Below are positions 20,207 through 30,467 of a DNA stretch of 64,000 nt, piece by piece. Under the pieces are notes generated by a model that ran no database searches, was not told the DNA's origin, and saw only the letters and a list, made by a program, of their open reading frames with translations. Source of the stretch: an uncultured Candidatus Binatia bacterium (GTDB lineage: Bacteria; Desulfobacterota; Binatia; Bin18); NCBI GenBank assembly GCA_965214605.1, contig OZ243961.1:4160001-4224000 (forward strand). The letters are read 5' to 3'. Positions within the stretch are counted from its first letter, which is position 1. Every line of letters starts with the position of its first letter. The position numbers were made by a program, and so were the translations under genes.

Positions 20207-21238
20207 TCAGCGTCCGAGCCGTCCGATTTTGGCCATATACGCTTCGAGGGCCTGGAGTTTGCCCTTGGCTTGTAGCTTTTCGATCACCCCGTCCTGTTGG
20301 GCGACCTGAGCGTATTGATTCAGCGCGGCTTGGCCCAGTTCTTCAAACGTTGCGGTCGAAAAAAATAGGCCCTCGGGATCGTTTTGAGATACATATTCTT
20401 CGGCCAGAGTACTGAAGAAGTCGCCGAGTTCAATCAGATAGCGGTAGCGATTTTTGCTCTCGGGGTGTTTGTCGAGCAGCTGGCGGTAGGCGACAATGAC
20501 GCTCTCTGGGCCGTCTTGGAGCTGGTAGCGGTTCAATTTCAGAAAGGTCACCTTGGCTAGGTCAATCCGCTCGGCCTCTTCCAACGCCAAGGTTTCATAC
20601 CGCGTTCCGGACCATTCTTGGCTGAGCGCTGTCCAGTCTGCGGCTTGGTCATCGAGGGCCTGCAAATACTCGACTGGAGTGGTAGCCGAGATAGGACGCT
20701 GGACTAGCTCCCGGAATTTGCTCAGGGCGTTGACAGATTGAGCGGCCTCGTCTTTCAGCCGGTGGCGCGTTTCGCTGATGCGTTGATACTCTTTAAGCGC
20801 TTGCAGGTAGGCGTGTAAGCCTTCATAGGCCCGGCCTCGGGTAAAGGCTATCAGGACCGGATAGGCGCCGGGGTGCTTGGCCTGATAGTCATTCAGGCGC
20901 TTGAGGGTGGCTTTATACGCGTTTGCGCCGGTCACGTCCTGGGGGAGCGGAAAACGATAGGTGTCGTTGGCCTCGACGCGTTGAAACTCGGTAGTGATTT
21001 TGAGTAGATCTTCCTCGGTTTCGTACTGCGGATTGCGCTCCGCGTCGGCGTTTTTCGAAAGGCCGGGGATAAATTCGCGAATTTCTGAGGCTGGTGAGGA
21101 AGCGGACGGGCTGGGAGGCGCGGACCGCGGGCGAAAAAAAGAACAGCTTGAGACTAGCGGCAGGCAGAACATCACAACAAGGGCAGGCACAAATGGGGAA
21201 AAAGCCACCTGCATCCATGTCACCTCAGGGTATCGCAT
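20207..21238 (-). CDS. TPR-like lipoprotein, hypothetical
   Basis: Lipobox-like LVSSC, Pro/Ser linker and helical TPR-like body; 4 bp from the next gene. Confidence 0.7.
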   Translation of the reverse strand: MRYPEVTWMQVAFSPFVPALVVMFCLPLVSSCSFFRPRSAPPSPSASSPASEIREFIPGLSKNADAERNPQYETEEDLLKITTEFQRVEANDTYRFPLPQDVTGANAYKATLKRLNDYQAKHPGAYPVLIAFTRGRAYEGLHAYLQALKEYQRISETRHRLKDEAAQSVNALSKFRELVQRPISATTPVEYLQALDDQAADWTALSQEWSGTRYETLALEEAERIDLAKVTFLKLNRYQLQDGPESVIVAYRQLLDKHPESKNRYRYLIELGDFFSTLAEEYVSQNDPEGLFFSTATFEELGQAALNQYAQVAQQDGVIEKLQAKGKLQALEAYMAKIGRLGR

Positions 21239-21376
21239 ATCTCATCGGACTCGGCCTAGGAGCTACGCAGCCTAGCTTAATGCTCTGCTCTAGAGGTGTC
21301 AAACGCAAGGCCGAGATGGTGCGCTGCGGCCTTGTCAGTCCTCCTTGATTCCGGATAAGATTCGGTACATAGCCAT

Positions 21377-21461
21377 GCCGGAGTGGTGGAATTGGCAGAC
21401 ACACAGGACTTAAAATCCTGGGCGGGTATCTCGCGTGCGGGTTCAAGTCCCGCCTCCGGCA
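21377..21461 (+). tRNA. tRNA-Leu (anticodon TAA)
   Basis: Acceptor stem GCCGGAG/CTCCGGC; D-loop TGGCAGAC; anticodon arm CAGGA-CTTAAAA-TCCTG; long variable arm; GGTTCAAGTCC T-arm; CCA not encoded. Confidence 0.97.
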
Positions 21462-21539
21462 TAGGAAACCAATGGGTTACGCCTCCTCTCCTCGCGGCCT
21501 TGTGCCACGCGAGGCCCATATCATCGCCCTGTCTTTGAC

Positions 21540-21930
21540 AGGTTCTTGCTCCTTGCCGTGGCTTGGCCAGCTTTTTTGCGCTGTCTAAGAACAGCTCCTC
21601 ATCTGCAATCACGTACCGTCGATATACGGATTCGGTCTGGTGGCCGGCCATTTTCATGGCCGCTGCTCTGGGGATTCCCGTACGTTCCAGGTTCCGAATC
21701 GCCGTGCGGCCAGGACATGCGGGAGCCGGGGCCACGGACGCCAGCCCTTCGGCGGCTGTTGTCCCATAGTGTCCGAAAAAATTGATCTAGCAGCTCTTGT
21801 GGTGGACTCCCCAAGGGACAATGGGCAATGTGCGAACCTGGAACAACTTTGTCACTCGACGCCGCTCTTCCAACGCACCCGGCAGCGCTGGAATGTCGTT
21901 GAATGGAAAGTTCCTGCTCTTCCGATCGTT
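21540..21930 (-). pseudogene. Frameshifted tyrosine integrase C-terminal remnant next to the tRNA
   Basis: RTAIRNLERTGIPRAAAMKMAGHQTESVYRRY (box II with catalytic H and Y) in one frame, FRTLWDNSRRRAGV in another; boundaries approximate. Confidence 0.75.
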
Positions 21931-22487
21931 CGTCTCGCTGGGCTCTAGTCGGAGTCAGCCGTGCTAAAAATCGACGGGCGCCCATTGCCGGGTGATGATC
22001 TTTGACGTAATCCGCGCGACAGGCTTTGTGTCGGGTGCGCTCGTTCGTGGACGCGGCTCGCTGCAAACCTCTGGAGTAGGACCTGTGATGTAGCAATGAT
22101 GATGTGCTGAAGAAAGGCACCTGCTGTGCCGTTATAGCAGTACAAGCAAAGAAGAAAGCTTGAGTCTGGAGATGACAGAGTACGAAACTCCTCCCTGAGC
22201 GCTCTCGCGGACCCAAGTTGGGCACCCAAGTTTGGATGTCGGCTGAGGTGAGCCTGTTGCAAGGGACCCTGGTTGGCTGGGGCTTGCGGTGGATAAGGAA
22301 AGCCTTGGAGGCGCGGAATCCGGTGTTGGCCGGAATCGGTCAGTCTCTTGAAGCAGGGGCAGGCACTCACGGAGCTATGGCGACGCTGAGGGTCAGCAAC
22401 GCTCTCGAGGGGGCCTAGAAGACTCCATATCCGGCAGGCTTATAGCGGGTTTTACGATCCCTTTTCTTGCGTGATTTTTGGCCGGAT

Positions 22488-24551
22488 TTAGTAGCTTTGC
22501 CGGTTAAGGCCGAGCGCTTCGTCGATCATGCGCGCTGGCATGGCGTCGTAGTGATCGAATTCCATGCTGTGAGAGGCGCGGCCTTGGCTGATCGAACGCA
22601 CGCTGGTGGCATAGCCAAACATGGTTGCCAGGGGCACGTGGGCCGTAATTGTGCGCTGGCTGCCGCGTTCACCTAGTTCGATGACTTTGCCCCGCCTCGC
22701 CTGGAGGTCGCCCATGACTGTCCCGAGGTACGCTTCGGGCATGACTACTTCGACCTTCATGATCGGTTCGAGAAGGACCGGCTTGGCTTTTTTGACCGCT
22801 TCTTTCAATCCCAGCGAGCCAGCCAGGTGGAAGGACATCTCTGAGGAATCAACCTCATGATAACTACCGTCGTATAAGGTCACCGTCGTATTGAGCAGCT
22901 GGCAGCCGTAGCTGACCCCATTCTCTGCTGCCTCACGCACGCCTTTTTCCACCGCCGCAATGTACTCTTTGGGAATGGCGCCGCCTTTAATGGCGTTGAC
23001 GAAGACGAGTCCCTGACCGTCATTTGGCTCAATCTTAAAATAGACATGCCCAAACTGGCCACGCCCACCTGACTGACGCACGTATTTGCCCTCAGCTTGG
23101 GCCGGACGGGTGATGGTCTCCCGGTAGGCGACCTGGGGGGCGCTGGTGTTGACGGCAACCTGAAACTCGCGGATGAGCCGGTCGATGATAATTTCGAGAT
23201 GCAGCTCTCCCATCCCGGACAGCAACGTTTGGCCGGTTTCAGCGTTGGTTTGCACAACCAGTGTCGGGTCCTCGGACGACAGGCGCTCCAGGGCGAGGCC
23301 GAGCTTTTCCGAGTCGGCCTTGGTCTTTGGTTCGACCGCCAGTGAGATGACTGGCTCATGGAAGGTGATCGACTCCAGCAGAATGGGGCGGTTGCGGTCG
23401 GCAATCGTATCACCGGTGGTAAAGTTCTTGAGACCGACCGCGGCAAAAATACTGCCGGCTTCGGTGTGTTCAATATCTTCTTTTTTATCGGCGTGCATAC
23501 GGACCAGGCGACCAACGCGTTCGGTCTGACCGGTTCGGGGGTTAAAGATCTGTGCACCGGTTTTCAGCGTGCCACTATACAGGCGGATGAACGTCAGCTG
23601 CCCCGAGTATGGATCGTGCATGGTCTTAAAGGCCAGACCGGCCCGGATGGCATCAGTGACCTGCCATTGGTGCGGTTCGCCTTTCAGCGTGTGACCTCGA
23701 ACCGGCTTGGTCGGCGGGGGCAGATAGGACACGATGGCATCTAACAGCGGTTGCACGCCCTTATTCCGCAGTGCAGAACCACACAAGACCGGAAAGATCT
23801 CCATCGCCCGGGTTTTGGCCGCAAGGGCGCGCAGCAGCGTGTCTTCGCTCGGCACTTCACCGGCCAGGTATTGTTCGAGCAGACTATCATCCGCGTCGGC
23901 CACCGTCTCAATCAACTGCTCGCGAGAGTGTGCCACCTCGTCCGCCATTGCGGCCGGGATGTCTTCCTCATGAAAACGCGCCCCCAGCGTGTCTTCTTCC
24001 CAGGCAACGACCTTTTGGCGCAGTAGATCGACCACCCCGCGAAACGAGGCTTCGTTACCGAACGGCAGTTGTAAGAGGACCGGCTTTCCTCCCAAACGGC
24101 TCTTGATCTGCTCAACTACACCATGAAAATCCGCTCCAACGCGGTCAAGCTTGTTGATAAAGACGATACGCGGAACCCCATACTTATCAGCCTGGCGCCA
24201 GACCGTCTCCGACTGTGGCTCCACCCCGCCGACCGCACAGAAGACCACCACCGCCCCGTCGAGCACGCGCAGGCTGCGTTCAACCTCAGTCGTGAAGTCG
24301 ACGTGGCCCGGGGTGTCGATAATGTTGATTTGATGTTCCAGCCACTCACAGGTGATGGCCGCCGCGGTGATGGTAATGCCGCGCTCCCGTTCCTGAGGCA
24401 TCCAGTCGGTAATCGTCGTTCCGTCGTGCACCTCCCCAATCTTATGCGAGAGGCCGGTGTAGTACAGGATACGCTCGCTAACGGTGGTTTTCCCGCTGTC
24501 AACGTGCGCAACGATGCCAATATTTCGAATAGATTCTAGTTGAGACGACAT
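22488..24551 (-). CDS. fusA: Elongation factor G, stand-alone copy
   Basis: [30 protein letters not shown] and HEVDSS. Confidence 0.96.
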   Translation of the reverse strand: MSSQLESIRNIGIVAHVDSGKTTVSERILYYTGLSHKIGEVHDGTTITDWMPQERERGITITAAAITCEWLEHQINIIDTPGHVDFTTEVERSLRVLDGAVVVFCAVGGVEPQSETVWRQADKYGVPRIVFINKLDRVGADFHGVVEQIKSRLGGKPVLLQLPFGNEASFRGVVDLLRQKVVAWEEDTLGARFHEEDIPAAMADEVAHSREQLIETVADADDSLLEQYLAGEVPSEDTLLRALAAKTRAMEIFPVLCGSALRNKGVQPLLDAIVSYLPPPTKPVRGHTLKGEPHQWQVTDAIRAGLAFKTMHDPYSGQLTFIRLYSGTLKTGAQIFNPRTGQTERVGRLVRMHADKKEDIEHTEAGSIFAAVGLKNFTTGDTIADRNRPILLESITFHEPVISLAVEPKTKADSEKLGLALERLSSEDPTLVVQTNAETGQTLLSGMGELHLEIIIDRLIREFQVAVNTSAPQVAYRETITRPAQAEGKYVRQSGGRGQFGHVYFKIEPNDGQGLVFVNAIKGGAIPKEYIAAVEKGVREAAENGVSYGCQLLNTTVTLYDGSYHEVDSSEMSFHLAGSLGLKEAVKKAKPVLLEPIMKVEVVMPEAYLGTVMGDLQARRGKVIELGERGSQRTITAHVPLATMFGYATSVRSISQGRASHSMEFDHYDAMPARMIDEALGLNRQSY

Positions 24552-24749
24552 AGGCCTCTCCGTGCGAGGTCTGCAATGCACGTGTGAAGAAAAGAAGATT
24601 GTTGAGGAGGGTGGCAGACTAGGGCCCGACTCTAGACATTCCGCTTGTCTCTTCTACACATACATAAAAATATGCGCCTATCCAATAGGGCAAGTAGCGG
24701 GAAGATGACACCTGAGTGACAGAAATAGGGAAGTTTCTGTTCCAGGAGG

Positions 24750-25913
24750 CTAAATTTTATACTCCTTTAACAGATTGCGGGCGATGACCAGCTTTTGAAT
24801 CTCACTTGTCCCCTCACCGATGATCATCAGCGGGGCGTCACGGTAAAAACGCTCGACCGGAAATTCTTGGGTGTATCCGTAGCCGCCCAAGACCCGCATG
24901 GCATCCAGGGCGACTTCTTCACACGACTCCGAGGCGAACAGTTTGGCCATGCCGGCTTCCAAATCGCACCGCTCGCCCTTATCTTTCTTAATTGAGGCTT
25001 GGCGCACGAGCAGACGGGAGGCCTCAATCTTGGTCGCCATTTCGGCCAGCTTGAGCTGGATAGCTTGGTGTTCGCATATCGGCTTACCAAAAGTCTCTCG
25101 TTGTTGGGCGTAGCGAATGGCTTCCTCAAACGCGGCCTGGGCCACACCGACCGCGCGCGCCGCCACGTTGATGCGACCGACCTCAAGACCGCCCATGATC
25201 TGTTTAAAACCCTGCCCCTCTCGGCCGCCGATCAGGCTTGAGGCCGGGGTTGGAAAATCTTCAAACGCCAGCTCGCACGTATCAAGCCCCTTATAGCCGA
25301 GCTTTTTAATATCTCGGCTGACCGTCAAGCCTGGTGCGCCTTTTTCAGCCGCGAACAGGCTGATACCGGCATAGGCCGGTTGGGCGCTGGGGGTAGTCTT
25401 GGCCGCCACAGCCAGAATATTGCCGTGGCGACCGTTGGTGATAAACATTTTGTTGCCGTTAATCAGATACTGATCGCCGCGTTTTTTGGCCGTGGATTTG
25501 ATGCGCTGCACATCGCTGCCGGCGTGCGGTTCGGTCAGGGCCAAGCCGCCGCGTTTTTCTCCGCTGGCCATGTCCGGCAGCAGGTTTTGTCTCTGCTCCT
25601 CCGTCCCAAACTGGGCAATGATATGGGCGAACAGCAGGTGAGAATTCAGGATACCGGTCAGGCTCATCCACCCCCGACAGATCTCCTCAATGATCATCGC
25701 ATAGGTCGAAAACGACAAGCCTAGACCGCCGTATTGGGTCGGAATAATCGCCCCAAACAGACCGAGCTGCTTCATTTTTTCGACCAACTCGTGCGGATAT
25801 TCGTCGTTATGTTCCATCTCACTGGCGACCGGTTTGACGTCGCGCTCAACAAAACGGTGGATAGTGGACAGAATCTGTCGATCTTCGTCGTTTAGCGTTG
25901 CCACGCCTGCCAT
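24750..25913 (-). CDS. Acyl-CoA dehydrogenase
   Basis: LTEPHAGSD, NGNKMFITNG, GRINVAA, LGGYGY and IGEGTSEIQ. Confidence 0.95.
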   Translation of the reverse strand: MAGVATLNDEDRQILSTIHRFVERDVKPVASEMEHNDEYPHELVEKMKQLGLFGAIIPTQYGGLGLSFSTYAMIIEEICRGWMSLTGILNSHLLFAHIIAQFGTEEQRQNLLPDMASGEKRGGLALTEPHAGSDVQRIKSTAKKRGDQYLINGNKMFITNGRHGNILAVAAKTTPSAQPAYAGISLFAAEKGAPGLTVSRDIKKLGYKGLDTCELAFEDFPTPASSLIGGREGQGFKQIMGGLEVGRINVAARAVGVAQAAFEEAIRYAQQRETFGKPICEHQAIQLKLAEMATKIEASRLLVRQASIKKDKGERCDLEAGMAKLFASESCEEVALDAMRVLGGYGYTQEFPVERFYRDAPLMIIGEGTSEIQKLVIARNLLKEYKI

Positions 25914-26054
25914 TGCTGCTTCCTTTCCCGCCTGTTCCGCCCTCGGCCCGGACCCCGCCACTTCACCACCTTTGGAGCCGAAGATCAAGCCGGGACTCAA
26001 CCCCTGGCCACGGGTCGGGAAAGCGGATAATAAATAGGGAGAAAGGAGCGAACC

Positions 26055-28565
26055 ATGGCCCTCTCCCCGACCATGCAACTGTACCGCAATACCAAGCGGG
26101 AGTATCCCGACGCGATCGTGTTGCTGCGGCTGGGGGATTTCTACGAGATCTTTTTTGAGGATGCCCAGGAGGTGGCGACGCTGCTTGACCTGACGCTCAC
26201 CTCGCGTGGGGCGGGCCCGGACCGGATTCCGATGTGCGGCGTGCCACATCATGCCGTACAGGGCTATATCGCACGTTTGATTAAAGCCGGGCGGAAGGTC
26301 GCGATCTGCGATCAGCTGGAAGACCCCAAAACGGCCAAAGGATTGATTAAACGCGGTGTCACCCGGGTCGTGACCCCTTCGACCTTTGTCGAGAATGAGG
26401 ACGACCCCGGTAGCCCAAGTTTGTTGGGCCTGGCCTGGACGGGGAAGGTCTGGGGCTTGGCCTGGCTTGAGCCGGCAACCGGGTTGTTTCAGTTTTGGGA
26501 GGCGGCCGCTGATACGCTCACCGATGCCCTCGACCGGGTTGGGCCCAGCGAGATTGTCACCACCAAGAGTGCGGCCGCCTCGCCCCTGTTCAGCACCGGT
26601 GCTGGCCAGCGGTCCGAGATTGTCGTCACCCGGTTAGACGACTGGCACGCCTCGGCCGAAGACAGCCGGAGCTGTATCCAGACCTTTTACGGGCTGGACT
26701 CGCTGCGGGCCTTGGAGATGAGCCCGGCCACAACCGGTGCGGTCGCCCTGGTGCTGCGCTTTCTGCAGGAGCATATGCAGGTCGCCCTGCCGCACGTCAG
26801 GCTGCCCAAACGGCTCCAACAGGCCAGTACCATGCAGCTCGGTGCGGTTGTTGAGCGCAGTCTAGAGCTGTTCCACACGGTCAACCTTGACGCCCGTGGC
26901 AAGACCCTGCTCGACGTCCTGGACCAAACTCTGACTCCGATGGGCAAGCGTTTGTTGCGCCGCTGGATGCGTGGTCCGTTGCTGTCTGTGGCGGAGATTC
27001 AGGCCCGACACGGGGCCGTTGAGGAGTTGGTTCAGCAGCCGGCCGTGCTTGATTCCCTCCGCCGGGCGCTGGTACCGATCCGTGACCTAGAGCGGCTGCT
27101 GGCGCGGTTTAGCGCCCAGGTGGCGACGCCTAAAGACGCCGCTGGACTGCGTGACTCGGTAGCCCAGCGGCCCGAACTGGTGCAGACGCTGAGTGCGGCC
27201 GAATCGGGGTTGCTGCGCGTCCAGCGCGACCAAGTGGCAGTTGATCTGGGCGACCTGCGAGTTCGTCTCGACCGTGCCCTGGTCGATAGCCCGCCGGTTC
27301 ATCTGCGCGACGGGGGAGTGTTCGCCGCAGGGTATAACGCGGAGCTGGACCGTCTGCGCTCGCTGTCGGCCGACGCCAAACAATGGCTGGCCGCTCTGCA
27401 GGCCCGTGAGGGCCAGCGGACTGGTATCGCCAACCTCAAGATCGGTTATAATCGGGTCTTTGGCTATTTTCTTGAGGTGGCGAAGAGCCAGCTGTCGAAA
27501 GTCCCCCCGGACTATACGCGCAAGCGGATCCTGGCCAACAGCGAGCGTTTTGTTACCGTCGAGCTCAAGGAGCATGAGGACCAGATCCTGAACGCTGAGG
27601 AGCGGGCAGTCACGCTTGAACAAGAGCTGTTCGACCAGTTGTGCGCCGCGGTGCTAGACCAGCTGCGCGGGATTCAGGCCGTGGCCGCGGCGGTGGCTCA
27701 GCTCGACGTGCTGGCTTGCTTCGCCCAGGTGGCGCTGCATCAACACTATGTACGACCCGAGATGTGTGACGACCCGATCTTGTTGATCACGGGGGGTCGC
27801 CATCCGGTGGTCGAAACCTTGCTGGAGCGCAAAAAATTTGTCGCAAACGATCTGCTAGTCGATCGGGATACCCACCAGCTGTTACTCCTGACCGCTCCAA
27901 ATATGAGCGGCAAGTCGGTCTATCTGCGTCAGGCGGCGCTTATTGTGTTACTCGCCCAGATTGGCTCCTTTGTGCCAGCTAGCGCGGCCCGGATCGGGAT
28001 TGTTGATCGGATTTTCACCCGCATTGGAGCCTCGGACAATATGTCCTTGGGCGAGAGTACCTTTGCCGTGGAAATGATTGAGGCCGCTCAGATTTTGAAC
28101 TACACCACCCCCCGCAGCCTGTTATTGTTGGACGAGATTGGTCGCGGAACCTCGACCTCGGACGGATTGTCGATCGCGCGAGCGATTATTGAGTTTTTGG
28201 TTGACGAGAAGGGCCCCCGACCACGGACGCTGTTTGCCACCCATTTTCATGAACTGACCGACTTACACCGGATCCTGCCCGGCCTGGAGAACCACACTTT
28301 TGCGATCCGGGAGTGGAAGGGCGAGGTCGTCTTCCTGTACCGGGTCATTCCTGGCGCGGCCGATCAATCCTACGGGATTCATATGGCCAAACTAGCTGGA
28401 CTCCCTGGCCCGGTGATTAGTCGCGCGCGGGAGGTATTAGACGATCTTGAAGCCCGCGGTGTCCAGCTCGTCCGGCCGCGCAAGCGCCCGCGGCCGTCCA
28501 AGCCCGGCGTGGCGGAGCGCAACTCCAGCCAACTCGGTCTGTTTGGTGACGGACGTGAACCATGA
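26055..28565 (+). CDS. mutS: DNA mismatch repair protein MutS
   Basis: GDFYE mismatch motif, PNMSGKS P-loop, DEIGRGTST, FATHFHEL and SYGIH. Confidence 0.97.
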   Translation: MALSPTMQLYRNTKREYPDAIVLLRLGDFYEIFFEDAQEVATLLDLTLTSRGAGPDRIPMCGVPHHAVQGYIARLIKAGRKVAICDQLEDPKTAKGLIKRGVTRVVTPSTFVENEDDPGSPSLLGLAWTGKVWGLAWLEPATGLFQFWEAAADTLTDALDRVGPSEIVTTKSAAASPLFSTGAGQRSEIVVTRLDDWHASAEDSRSCIQTFYGLDSLRALEMSPATTGAVALVLRFLQEHMQVALPHVRLPKRLQQASTMQLGAVVERSLELFHTVNLDARGKTLLDVLDQTLTPMGKRLLRRWMRGPLLSVAEIQARHGAVEELVQQPAVLDSLRRALVPIRDLERLLARFSAQVATPKDAAGLRDSVAQRPELVQTLSAAESGLLRVQRDQVAVDLGDLRVRLDRALVDSPPVHLRDGGVFAAGYNAELDRLRSLSADAKQWLAALQAREGQRTGIANLKIGYNRVFGYFLEVAKSQLSKVPPDYTRKRILANSERFVTVELKEHEDQILNAEERAVTLEQELFDQLCAAVLDQLRGIQAVAAAVAQLDVLACFAQVALHQHYVRPEMCDDPILLITGGRHPVVETLLERKKFVANDLLVDRDTHQLLLLTAPNMSGKSVYLRQAALIVLLAQIGSFVPASAARIGIVDRIFTRIGASDNMSLGESTFAVEMIEAAQILNYTTPRSLLLLDEIGRGTSTSDGLSIARAIIEFLVDEKGPRPRTLFATHFHELTDLHRILPGLENHTFAIREWKGEVVFLYRVIPGAADQSYGIHMAKLAGLPGPVISRAREVLDDLEARGVQLVRPRKRPRPSKPGVAERNSSQLGLFGDGREP

Positions 28566-30457
28566 ATCGGATTCAGCGTCTCGATCCACAAACGGTTGAG
28601 CAGATTCGGGCCGGTGAGGTCATTGAGCGGCCAGGTTCGGTCGTCAAAGAGTTGGTCGAAAACGCGATTGACGCCGGTGCCCAGACGGTCCACGTCAATA
28701 TTGTCAAGGGTGGTATCCGCGAGATAACGGTGCACGACGACGGCCAGGGCATGCTGGCCGAGGATGCCCTGCTGGCCGTCCAGCGCCACACGACGAGTAA
28801 AATCCGCCGCAGCACCGACCTGTTTGGGCTGTCCACCCTGGGGTTTCGGGGTGAAGCCCTGGCCAGTATTGCGGCGATATCGCAGCTAGAGATCATGTCA
28901 CGCGTGGCGGACGCGTTGGAAGGGGTTTGTGTCCGCGTTGCCGGCAGCGAGCCGGCCGAGTCCTCGCCTGTTGCCGCCAACCAGGGCACGACCGTCAATG
29001 TTCGCCACCTCTTTTTTAACACACCCCCGCGTCGGGCTTTCCTCAAGTCGCCAGTCGCCGAGGGTAACTATATTGAGGACGTCCTGATTAGACTGGCGTT
29101 GTCTCGGCCCGAGCTGCGGTTTGTTTTCACCCGGGATGGAAAGCCTGCCTTTGACGCGTTGCCGTGCAGCGGGCCACAGGCACTCCGTCTGCGGGCGGCA
29201 GCGATCCTAGGAGATATGTGGTCGGCCAGCCTAGTCCTGACCCACGACGGGATGGAGGACGCCGGTGTCCGGCTGTCCGGTATCCTCGGAGCACCCGATC
29301 ACACCAAAAACACCCGCACCGGTCAGTACTTTTATGTCAACGGCCGCCAGGTCAAAAGCCAAGCGCTGTCCTCCGCCTTGAGTCGCGCCTACGGCGAACT
29401 GCTACCGGCCAAACGTTTTCCGGTCGCCGTGCTGTTTGTGACCGTTCCGCCCCGTGAAGTTGACGTCAACGTGCATCCGACCAAGCGTGAGGTAAAGTTT
29501 CAGGATGAACCGGTTGTGTTAGGCGCACTAGTCCGCCAGGTTCGTCGCACGCTTGACCAAGCCAACCTGTTCAAGCGTCTGGAGCTCCCGACCCCTCCTG
29601 GGTCTAGGGCAGTGCCGACAGCCGAATCTGGGGCGCCGAGCGACGATATTCCGGACCCCAACGATTCTCCCGCCCCTCACCCCCCACCGCCCCTCTCAAC
29701 GTCGTCAACACCGGCCGTGCCCTCCTCCGGGTTGCACCGCCACGCCACACTCCGCAGAAGATTTCAGCCCCAGGTCCGGGAGGCTCCCGCTGTTTCCCGC
29801 TCGGCTCCCGCCGCGCCGCCTGACCCAGCCGTGGTATCCGAACCCGCCCCGCCCGAGCTCTTGCTGCGTCCCCAGGACCCAAATTTTCGGGTGATTGGTC
29901 AGAGTCATGAGCTCTTTATCCTGGTCGAGGTCGCAGCTGAGCTGTGGTTGGTGGATCAGCACGCGGCCCACGAACGGGTGATATATGAGCAGGTGCTGGC
30001 CAGCTTACGTAACGGCAGGGGCGAGTCACAGACACTGCTCTTACCAGTCACATTTGAGATCGAAGCCTCGGCTAGGACTGCTCTGGACGAACTGCAAGAG
30101 TATTTGTCGGGCGTCGGTTTTGATATCCGGCCGTTTGGCGGTAAGACCTACCAGGTCCAAGCCGCCCCCGCGTATTTTCGTCCGGCCGATATCCCAGAGC
30201 TGATCGTTGAACTCGCCCAAGCCCGTGCCGAAGGTCGGTCTGAGGACTCGGTCGCGGCCACACAAGAAGATCTGGCGGCGCGGATCGCCTGCAAGGTCAA
30301 GTCGATCAAAGCCGGCCAAACTCTGACGCCCGAGTCGATGAAGGCCTTGCTGAAATCTTTGCTCGCCTGTCAATCGCCCTTTACCTGTCCGCACGGTCGG
30401 CCGACAATGGTCCGGATGTCGGTCAAGCAGCTGGAAGGACAGTTTGATCGGCGTTAG
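28562..30457 (+). CDS. mutL: DNA mismatch repair endonuclease MutL
   Basis: IRAGEVIERP, GFRGEAL, DVNVHPTK; endonuclease motifs DQHAAHER, ACK and CPHGRP; ATGA overlap with mutS. Confidence 0.97.
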   Translation: MNRIQRLDPQTVEQIRAGEVIERPGSVVKELVENAIDAGAQTVHVNIVKGGIREITVHDDGQGMLAEDALLAVQRHTTSKIRRSTDLFGLSTLGFRGEALASIAAISQLEIMSRVADALEGVCVRVAGSEPAESSPVAANQGTTVNVRHLFFNTPPRRAFLKSPVAEGNYIEDVLIRLALSRPELRFVFTRDGKPAFDALPCSGPQALRLRAAAILGDMWSASLVLTHDGMEDAGVRLSGILGAPDHTKNTRTGQYFYVNGRQVKSQALSSALSRAYGELLPAKRFPVAVLFVTVPPREVDVNVHPTKREVKFQDEPVVLGALVRQVRRTLDQANLFKRLELPTPPGSRAVPTAESGAPSDDIPDPNDSPAPHPPPPLSTSSTPAVPSSGLHRHATLRRRFQPQVREAPAVSRSAPAAPPDPAVVSEPAPPELLLRPQDPNFRVIGQSHELFILVEVAAELWLVDQHAAHERVIYEQVLASLRNGRGESQTLLLPVTFEIEASARTALDELQEYLSGVGFDIRPFGGKTYQVQAAPAYFRPADIPELIVELAQARAEGRSEDSVAATQEDLAARIACKVKSIKAGQTLTPESMKALLKSLLACQSPFTCPHGRPTMVRMSVKQLEGQFDRR

Positions 30458-30467
30458 AGTGGTTCGG

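Noticed and set aside
22421-22440. TCCGGCA as attR matching the tRNA 3' end
   Set aside because: A 7-bp match is expected by chance.
24750-26252. 500-aa version of the acyl-CoA dehydrogenase
   Set aside because: The extension overlaps mutS on the opposite strand; an SD-supported ATG lies at 25913.
27885-27925. MutS Walker A reads APNMSGKS rather than GPNMxGKS
   Set aside because: Still fits [AG]xxxxGK[ST], and the other ATPase motifs are intact.
29580-29880. Pro-rich stretch in mutL as an insertion or intein
   Set aside because: It corresponds to the normal variable linker between the MutL ATPase and C-terminal domains.
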